A DNA stretch of 29,461 bases from an uncultured archaeon (lineage in GTDB: Archaea; Asgardarchaeota; Heimdallarchaeia; Heimdallarchaeales; Heimdallarchaeaceae), in the NCBI GenBank assembly GCA_964549075.1, contig CAZJUB010000030.1, positions 1 through 29,461 on the forward strand, written 5' to 3'. Below the pieces are notes generated by a model, which saw only the letters and a list, made by a program, of their open reading frames with translations, ran no database searches and was not told the DNA's origin. Made by a program: the position numbers and the translations under genes. Of this stretch, positions 9,008 through 16,384 are shown piece by piece; within the stretch, counting starts at the first letter, position 1; each line of letters begins with the position of its first letter.

Positions 9008-9862
9008 ATGTCAGAGAATAAACTGAAAATAATAGTTGATAGTACTTGTGATTTACCTAAATATTTAGTAGAAAAATATGATATTGATGTTGTTCCTGTT
9101 TATATACAATATAAAGATAAGATTTTAGCTGATGGCGTTGATATAACAATTGAGGAATATTATAAGCTACTCAGAGAAGTAAAGGAATTACCTACTACCT
9201 CTGCACCAAATCCTAGGGATTTCCTTGAAAGGATAAATAAGGCATTGAAAGATTATACTTCTGTTTTCATAATTACCCTTACTTCTAAGCTTTCTACGAC
9301 TTATCAATCAGCTAAGATAGCAGCTAAAAGAATAAAAAACACTCATATTCATTTATTAGATTCAAAATTTGGCTCAGGTGTATTAAGTTTTACTGCATTA
9401 GCAGCTGCCAAACTCTCTCAAAAAGGAGTTCCAGAAGAGGAAATTGTTAAAAAAGTTGAACAATTACGGGATGAATCCTTATTACTTGGTTATGTCGAAA
9501 CACTAGAGAATTTCAAGAAATCCGGAAGAATTTCCAATCTTAAGTTCTGGATAGGCGCTGTTACAAAAGCGAAACCTCTTCTTGAATTGAGAGATGGTAT
9601 TATCCAAGCTTGCGGTAAAGCAACAGGTAAAATTAAAGCACAGAAAAAAGTGATTGCAGAAGTTCTTAGAAGAGTAAAGAAGGACCAACAGTACGATATT
9701 ATGATTACTCATGGAGATGATCCTGAAGCTGCTGAATATCTGATGAAGCAATTCGAGAAAAAGATTAATTTAGGTGAAAAAATCATAAACTATCTAACAC
9801 CTGCTCTAGCGACACATTTAGGTATAGGTACAGTTGTTATTTCACTTTCTCCCAGTATTTGA
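9008..9862 (+). CDS. DegV/FakB family fatty-acid-binding protein
   Basis: KIIVDSTCDLP, PTTSAP, SKLSTTY, LDSK, LENFKKSGRI, KPLL and HLGIG motifs. ATG 9008 is preferred over 8906. Confidence 0.92.
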   Translation: MSENKLKIIVDSTCDLPKYLVEKYDIDVVPVYIQYKDKILADGVDITIEEYYKLLREVKELPTTSAPNPRDFLERINKALKDYTSVFIITLTSKLSTTYQSAKIAAKRIKNTHIHLLDSKFGSGVLSFTALAAAKLSQKGVPEEEIVKKVEQLRDESLLLGYVETLENFKKSGRISNLKFWIGAVTKAKPLLELRDGIIQACGKATGKIKAQKKVIAEVLRRVKKDQQYDIMITHGDDPEAAEYLMKQFEKKINLGEKIINYLTPALATHLGIGTVVISLSPSI

Positions 9863-9866
9863 GCTA

Positions 9867-11405
9867 CTAGATTTCCTTTGGTCTAAAAGATAGAGCTTTC
9901 TCTATAGCAGGATAGATGAAATTAGGTATATCCGAAGCTATCAAACCATCTCCATAGCTTTGTGCTGCTATCTCTCCTGCAGCTCCTGATATATACGCTC
10001 CTATTGATGCAGCAATAATTGGATCATCTATAACAGAGAATAAAGATCCTACAATTCCTGTTAAAACATCCCCAGTTCCTCCTACTGTCATCCCTGGGTG
10101 ACCAGTTTTATTTAATTTAGTTATCTTACCATTTGAGATAATATCTATTTTACCTTTAACTAGAATCGTTGTTTCCCATTTTTTAGCAGTTTCAGAAATT
10201 ATTTTAGTATCAGTTTCTATCTCTCCAGTTAATTTCTCTTTGAAAATTTTATAAAATTCTCCTTTGTGTGGAGTCAAGATTGTATCATGAAATTGCAAAA
10301 GAAATAGATGGTCTTTCTCCATTATACTTAAAGCACCTGCATCAATGACAATACGTTTTCTTTCTTTCATTTTTAGAAACTCATGCAATGCATCTTTTGT
10401 TGTTTCAGTATTCATAGTCCCAGGACCTATTACATAACAAGAATTTTCTAATTGAGGAAGCTCAAGAATCTTTTGAATATCAACAGGTTCAATTTCATCT
10501 TTGTGTGCTGGGATTGTAATAAAATCAGGAGCGAAAGAAGCAACTGTATAGCGAATATTTTCAGGAGTTAGTATCAAAACTAAATCACAACCTGTCCTGA
10601 AAGCTCCTAGACCTGATAATGCTGGAGCACCAATATAATCTTTTGAACCTGCAATAATCGTTACAACACCATTTTGTCTCTTGTGACTATCAGCGTTTCT
10701 TTTAGGAAAGTACCATTTTAGGTCCCCTATTCCTATGTATTTCTCGCAATCTTCAGGTATACCTATATCCCTTACAACAATCTCAGAATCCTCAAAATGA
10801 TCTTTTTGAATTTTATTCCTACCTAAACAAACGATTTTCTTTGGTTTTTTGACTATGAGAGGATTTTCTTTTGTAGGATTATATCCTGAAGGTATATCTA
10901 GCGACACAATATCCCCTTTCCAAGCGTCATTGAGAAATTCGATTACAGTCTTGTAGGGCTCTCTAATCATACCTTCAATCCCAATTCCAAAAATTGCATC
11001 AACTAAAATGTAGCTATTGTCATATTTTTGAAGAATTTCAAAAGTTTGATCAGATTTGTCAATCCTATACCAATTAATATTTAGTTCTTGTGCAAGTTTG
11101 TAATTCTTCTGTGAGGCTAAAGAGTTGAAATTTTCTTTTCCTCCAATTAGAACTATATCACACTGAAAGTCTAGCTTTGAAAGATATCTAGCCGCAACTA
11201 GAGAATCTCCACCGTTATTACCAAAACCGCTAAGAAAAACTATTTTCTTCTTGTTTGTCTGTTTAGCTAATTTTTGTATTTCTTCCGAGACTACTTTTCC
11301 AGCTGTTTCCATTAGTTCATAAATTGTAACTCCAGTTGCGAAGACATTATCTTCCAAAGCTCTAGTCATTTTAATATTATACACTTGGTTTGGAAAGAAA
11401 TTCAT
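9867..11405 (-). CDS. nnr: Bifunctional NAD(P)H-hydrate epimerase/dehydratase (YjeF N+C)
   Basis: LMETAG, GFGNNGGD, DAIFGIG, SLDIPSG; HK..NG, IAGS..YIGA, GPG, IDAGAL, LTPHKGEF and GGTGDVL motifs. Confidence 0.95.
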   Translation of the reverse strand: MNFFPNQVYNIKMTRALEDNVFATGVTIYELMETAGKVVSEEIQKLAKQTNKKKIVFLSGFGNNGGDSLVAARYLSKLDFQCDIVLIGGKENFNSLASQKNYKLAQELNINWYRIDKSDQTFEILQKYDNSYILVDAIFGIGIEGMIREPYKTVIEFLNDAWKGDIVSLDIPSGYNPTKENPLIVKKPKKIVCLGRNKIQKDHFEDSEIVVRDIGIPEDCEKYIGIGDLKWYFPKRNADSHKRQNGVVTIIAGSKDYIGAPALSGLGAFRTGCDLVLILTPENIRYTVASFAPDFITIPAHKDEIEPVDIQKILELPQLENSCYVIGPGTMNTETTKDALHEFLKMKERKRIVIDAGALSIMEKDHLFLLQFHDTILTPHKGEFYKIFKEKLTGEIETDTKIISETAKKWETTILVKGKIDIISNGKITKLNKTGHPGMTVGGTGDVLTGIVGSLFSVIDDPIIAASIGAYISGAAGEIAAQSYGDGLIASDIPNFIYPAIEKALSFRPKEI

Positions 11406-11472
11406 TGATTTAATGTAAGCGTTGTGTCTAATAAGTTTTCACTAAAGTAAATAAAAATAAGAAAAATAAGAT

Positions 11473-12042
11473 CTAGACAATGTCGCCATATTTCCTTGCT
11501 TTCTTTAGTTCTTTGTCTAGTTCTAAACGTAAATTACTAATTAACTCCCTACTCCTTTCCACGATTTTGCAGTAGTCATTATATGCGGTTTCAAACGAAT
11601 TTAATGAACTTGATAATAGTTCTGTATCAACACTTCTATCACCTACAAAAGTGATAGTTTTACTGATGTTTTGTGCAAAGGTTTGTAAAAGTTTGGTATT
11701 TTCCTCTTCCTCTTTGTTCAAATCCATCAATTTATGAGTTGATTTAAGAGGGAATTCAAGCCCTTCAATTTCAATTAATAAGTCATACATCAAGGCATCA
11801 ATTCTTTCCATGTTGTTGAAAAGTTCACCTAATTTCGTTAGGTCTGTTTTTACCATTTCTTTCTTGTTTCCTGTTTGATCTTTAGAATCTTTAATCTCTT
11901 TAATCAAATCAACTACTTTTGGGCTGATTTCTAAAATCTCTGAGATATCTGTATCCCAAAGTTTATCCATCTCTTCAAGATTTTCTATAAAAGATTCTAT
12001 TTCGTGTGCGAGTGAATCGCTTCTTCTTACATTCTTATGCAT
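11473..12042 (-). CDS. Hypothetical all-alpha helical/coiled-coil protein
   Basis: Long ORF with amphipathic Glu/Leu/Lys-rich helices and no recognised motif; start is ATG 12042 or TTG 12054. Confidence 0.7.
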   Translation of the reverse strand: MHKNVRRSDSLAHEIESFIENLEEMDKLWDTDISEILEISPKVVDLIKEIKDSKDQTGNKKEMVKTDLTKLGELFNNMERIDALMYDLLIEIEGLEFPLKSTHKLMDLNKEEEENTKLLQTFAQNISKTITFVGDRSVDTELLSSSLNSFETAYNDYCKIVERSRELISNLRLELDKELKKARKYGDIV

Positions 12043-12266
12043 ATTTACCACCAATTGGATAAAACGAGAAAAATAGTTTCATTAAGTTGTTTTACAACAA
12101 AAATATTACAATTCCCTTTCGGAATCATTACATGTAATATATGTAAGAAACCTAATTAAACTTAACGCTACTCTCATTCAAGTAGTGGAAATATGATAAT
12201 AGGTAAAAAAACAAACAAGTTTCTCAAAAACCGAATCATTCAAAATAGCTAACGCAGAATCATACC

Positions 12267-13274
12267 ATGATGCCTTTCTCTGAACTATCTAATGACGTCA
12301 AGGGAAAGGTTCTTAGTTTACAATTATTTATCTCTCAATGTGCTGTTTTAGCTCATAATCTCCTTTATGCTAACGAAAATAAACCTGGAGGAGCTTCTTT
12401 CAGTAAAGAATTTGTTGATACTACAACAGAACATTTTCTTGCTGGAGCTAGTAGTTTATTTGCACCTATTTTTGGTTTAGCAAAAAGAGGTATTCTTGTT
12501 GCTGATAATCATCTCTGGTATGAAGATGCTGAAATTGGTTTTTTTATTGAGAAAGCTCTTGAAAAATCAAAAACTTGGTATAAATCAAACGGAAATACCA
12601 TTTTAGGTACTTTACTTATGTTCTCCCCGATAACACTAGGAATAGCAAATAGTTTTGCAACTGAAGGGATGAAAACCAACACAAAACTAAACCTAGACAA
12701 TGTAATCTATATTACTGATCAATTTATAAAAAATTCAACAACAGAAGATTGTATATATCTAACAGAAGCTCTCAACAAAACTGTATCGAAGAATATACTT
12801 CCATCAGATAAAGAGGAGGATAATTTTAATTCATTTTTAGAGATTCACAAACATGAAAAAACCAATCTTTATGAATTCACTACATTCTATAAAGATAGGG
12901 ATTTAGTCTTTTATGAACTATCTCATAAATATCAAATTACATTGAAAATTGGTTTTACTACTTTTCTTAGATCTTATGAAGAAGACCAAAATTTCAGAAC
13001 TGCAATTACACAGACCTATATCACTTTAATGTCTGAAAAGAAAGATACTCACATTGCAAAACGATTTGGAAATGAGATTGCTTCGAAAGTAAATCAACAA
13101 GCAAAAGAAATAATCAAAGCTGGAGGAGTATTTACAGAGGATGGTCAAGCAATGATTAAAGAATTAGATTTGTATTTGAGAACCTCAAATGGTAGAATAA
13201 TAAATCCTGGGACTGCTGCAGATATTACAGCTACTACGATTTTTCTAGCACTAATTCAAGGTTATCGTCCTTAA
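12267..13274 (+). CDS. CitG-family (triphosphoribosyl-dephospho-CoA synthase-like) protein, archaeal type
   Basis: KPG, NTILGTLL, DTHIAKRFG and INPGTAADITA motifs. Confidence 0.8.
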   Translation: MMPFSELSNDVKGKVLSLQLFISQCAVLAHNLLYANENKPGGASFSKEFVDTTTEHFLAGASSLFAPIFGLAKRGILVADNHLWYEDAEIGFFIEKALEKSKTWYKSNGNTILGTLLMFSPITLGIANSFATEGMKTNTKLNLDNVIYITDQFIKNSTTEDCIYLTEALNKTVSKNILPSDKEEDNFNSFLEIHKHEKTNLYEFTTFYKDRDLVFYELSHKYQITLKIGFTTFLRSYEEDQNFRTAITQTYITLMSEKKDTHIAKRFGNEIASKVNQQAKEIIKAGGVFTEDGQAMIKELDLYLRTSNGRIINPGTAADITATTIFLALIQGYRP

Positions 13275-14307
13275 GTGAAACTTCAACTTCAAACATTTTT
13301 TTAGTTCTTTTTAGTAATTCTGGAATAGTTATTTGGTCATATTCCATAATAATTGTTCTATTGACTAGTTTTACATAAACAAAACACCTATTTGCTAAAC
13401 AAAGAATCTGGAGATGAACTGGAGTATTAAAAAGATATTGAAAACCCTTTTCAGCTGCTTTAAATAAATCTGAAATTGTTTCATATTCATCGCTAATATT
13501 TGAGTTATTTGTGAGAGAAATATAGTCTTTGTTGAAAATATCTATCCTTGATGGTTTGTAGGTTGTTTTAAAAATATCAAGTAATTGTTGAGCTGTTTTT
13601 GTCTTAAACTGTCGGTATCTTCTAATCTCAAACTCGCTTATTTTTGATTCTAATACGAAAAATACATGTGGTAGAACAATTGTCTGTATTGAATTTCCTA
13701 AATGAGTAATATGGAAACATGTTCCTTTTGAACAATTTGTAAGTTTTTCTGATACTTTTCTGAAACTTTTTCCAAGTATCTGATAGATTGTAAAACTATC
13801 GATATTGTAATTTGGGGCGTTGGCATGGACTATAAGGGGATCATTTTCTTTAGAAAAAAGACACCAAGCTCGCAATTCTTTCCCTTCTTTATCTTCCATT
13901 AAAGAGTCAGCAATTTCTATCCCGCATTGTAGAAGTATATTCTTACATTGAATTTGAAATTCCTGAAAAAGACTTACATTTCCAACGAATTCCTTTATTT
14001 CTTTGTGATAAGTTTCAATAAATCTATTTGAGACAAGGTTCCCAACATACTCAGCGTAATCTGCAGGCATTTCATCATCAATCTGAAATATGAAAATAAG
14101 TGATTCTCTTGTTGATATGAGAAATTGACTCTCTTCTAATAACAATCTTGAAAGCTTATCTTTCTCTGTTTCTTCAACAAACCTAAGAATAGCTGTTAAT
14201 AGACCTGAAACTAGAACCTCATCTCCTCTAGCAAATTCTTGAAAATCAAATAATGGAACTCCATGTTCAGTTATTATCATGATTCGTTTAATTAGCATAA
14301 GTTTCAA
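13234..14307 (-). CDS. Multi-domain longin protein (longin plus two further longin/roadblock-like domains)
   Basis: N-terminus IMIITEHGVPLF...DEVLVSGLLTAILRFVEE is a typical longin (Mon1/Fuzzy/Asgard type). Two further beta-hairpin/helix/strand units follow. Start is TTG 14307 or ATG 14298. Confidence 0.7.
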   Translation of the reverse strand: MKLMLIKRIMIITEHGVPLFDFQEFARGDEVLVSGLLTAILRFVEETEKDKLSRLLLEESQFLISTRESLIFIFQIDDEMPADYAEYVGNLVSNRFIETYHKEIKEFVGNVSLFQEFQIQCKNILLQCGIEIADSLMEDKEGKELRAWCLFSKENDPLIVHANAPNYNIDSFTIYQILGKSFRKVSEKLTNCSKGTCFHITHLGNSIQTIVLPHVFFVLESKISEFEIRRYRQFKTKTAQQLLDIFKTTYKPSRIDIFNKDYISLTNNSNISDEYETISDLFKAAEKGFQYLFNTPVHLQILCLANRCFVYVKLVNRTIIMEYDQITIPELLKRTKKMFEVEVSLKDDNLELVLEKS

Positions 14308-15182
14308 CTCTCAACTTTGAACACTTGCAAGCTATCTTTTATCTCTTCTTGAGTAGGTTTATCGCTTGGTACTTTTTGTTTCAGTATTATTGAATAGATT
14401 CTTTCCGATAGATTCTTTTCTTTCTGTAAATTGATTATTTCTTTATGAAAGTCATAATTATAATGAAATAAAGATAATAAATAATTATCCAAACACCCAT
14501 GTTGCAATAGAACGGAGAAATTTGAAGATCCAATTTGCTTTTTTTCCATCTCTTGTGGTAATGTAAAATTCAATTTTTTGCTTATAAGGCGTATCAATCT
14601 ACTAAGAAAGTCTGAATTTTTTGAATTGAAGATTTCTGGAGAACTAAAAACAATAAATCTACCACGCCTTTTGTAAGCTGCTACCACTACTGGTTCATCG
14701 TCCATCAAAGCTAGAGGAATAAATTCCTTTATTCCATTTTCCTTTATGATTTTTCTATCACTTTCAGTATTAATAATATGTGCCTTGGTAATTGTTAGAT
14801 TTGAACCAATCAATCTAGTTTCAACTGGAATCTTGGGTAAACCATAAACATATTCAGATTGAAAAGATATGCCTATTTCTTTTCTAAATTCTTCAAAAAA
14901 TCTTCCTAAATCTGTCCATGGAGGAGAAGGGAGTGTTAATATTAAGCATCCTCCTATATCTATATAGGATATTAAGTCGATATACTGTTCTTGTGTAACC
15001 TTTTTACGTGGTAAGCTAATAAACAGAACATGAGATTTTTCCAATATCTCCCTATCTAAACCTGGACCTCTCTTCTTTACAATATTGATTTTTACTTGAG
15101 CAATTTCGGGATTAATTGCTCCTGCTATTAGTTTAGCTTTCACTTCTTCATTAAGAGATGTATCAATAGAGCAAAGTTTCAT
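14304..15182 (-). CDS. GIFT-domain (GldG/IFT52-like, class I GATase-like fold) cytosolic protein
   Basis: LEKSHVLFISLPRKKVTQEQYIDLISYIDIGGCLIL...IGISF and PVVVAA...GRFIVFSSPEIF resemble the GIFT/IFT52 pattern; no signal peptide or TM. Confidence 0.6.
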   Translation of the reverse strand: MKLCSIDTSLNEEVKAKLIAGAINPEIAQVKINIVKKRGPGLDREILEKSHVLFISLPRKKVTQEQYIDLISYIDIGGCLILTLPSPPWTDLGRFFEEFRKEIGISFQSEYVYGLPKIPVETRLIGSNLTITKAHIINTESDRKIIKENGIKEFIPLALMDDEPVVVAAYKRRGRFIVFSSPEIFNSKNSDFLSRLIRLISKKLNFTLPQEMEKKQIGSSNFSVLLQHGCLDNYLLSLFHYNYDFHKEIINLQKEKNLSERIYSIILKQKVPSDKPTQEEIKDSLQVFKVES

Positions 15183-15236
15183 CTATCTATGTGTGGATTT
15201 AGATTCATATAAGTTTATTGAGAAAGGAAAAGCACT

Positions 15237-16331
15237 TTATTCTTCACTTTCTTCAGATTTGATAATTCTCCTTAAATCCCTGCGTAATTTTCTCGCAGCA
15301 TTGTTTTCAGGAGTGTATTTTAAAGATTTTGTGACTTCAGAATAAGCTTCTTTGTTTTTGTCTTTTGATTTAAGAGCATAAGCACTTAATAGATGCGCTC
15401 GAGATATCATATGAGGAACATTCATCTGTTTTTCTTCAGTCTCAGCTAAAACTTGACCTGTATATTTCAGAACTTTGTCATAATCGCCCTTCTTGGTGTA
15501 TAATATAGCTAATTTTGATAAAATAGCCACATTTAATGGATCTTTGTCAATATATTCGTTAAGTAGAGTTATACACTTATCATCAAGTTCCATGGCTTCG
15601 TAATAATCTATAGCTTTTAAGAGAATACTTGGATCTTTTATCTTTTCAAACTTCATCGTTTTGTTGAAAACAAAGAAGTACAAAACAGCTCCTCCAATAA
15701 AAGCTGGAATCTGCATCACTAAGAGAACGATTTTATGTGCAAGAATAGGTACTGAAAATAATGATATAATCGGCTCAATTGACAATCCTATTGCTAGAAG
15801 ACCTGTAATTATGATAAAAATATAAAATCTTGGTCCAAAGAGTATATCTCTCCTTTTACTCTTAAATGTCCATTCATCCTCTTCATCTAGTTTGACTAAT
15901 AACTCCAAAGTATCTGATACAATAACATTCCCGGCAAATTCGATTAACATTAATACAAAAACAGCAAAGAAGTGGAATATTAAAGCGATAACAGCATCAT
16001 TTTCGAATAACGAGACATAACCGAATAAAATTAAAGAATATTCAATGATTATTGCAATAAGCTGATAGTTTCTAATTATTTTGATAGGCAACATGAAGAT
16101 GTTTCTCTTATAATGAATTTGCTTAGGTAACGGTCTTCTCCTAAACCTTACTAATCCCCATCCTACGATAAATAGAACAATTACTAAGAAAGAGATCCAG
16201 ACAATATTTGCTTCTGCTCGAACATCTGTGAAAGCTAGTACGAATATAACTGTTCCAAGTATTAGCATTACCAAGTCTTCGATAGACAAAGCCATATTTT
16301 CATCTGATTTGTAGACATTTTGCATAATCAT
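15237..16331 (-). CDS. Polytopic membrane protein with C-terminal TPR repeats
   Basis: About 6 hydrophobic helices followed by TPR-like DPLNVAILSKLAILYTKKGDYDKV and A...LKYTPENNAA. Start is uncertain (ATG 16331 or a downstream ATG). Confidence 0.75.
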   Translation of the reverse strand: MIMQNVYKSDENMALSIEDLVMLILGTVIFVLAFTDVRAEANIVWISFLVIVLFIVGWGLVRFRRRPLPKQIHYKRNIFMLPIKIIRNYQLIAIIIEYSLILFGYVSLFENDAVIALIFHFFAVFVLMLIEFAGNVIVSDTLELLVKLDEEDEWTFKSKRRDILFGPRFYIFIIITGLLAIGLSIEPIISLFSVPILAHKIVLLVMQIPAFIGGAVLYFFVFNKTMKFEKIKDPSILLKAIDYYEAMELDDKCITLLNEYIDKDPLNVAILSKLAILYTKKGDYDKVLKYTGQVLAETEEKQMNVPHMISRAHLLSAYALKSKDKNKEAYSEVTKSLKYTPENNAARKLRRDLRRIIKSEESEE

Positions 16332-16384
16332 TGGATGAGACTATAAAGTTTACATATTGATAAATATGACGAAAAAACAGTATG

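Noticed and set aside
14304-15182. WBP1/OST48 assignment for the GIFT-like protein
   Set aside because: No signal peptide or C-terminal TM, which OST48 requires.
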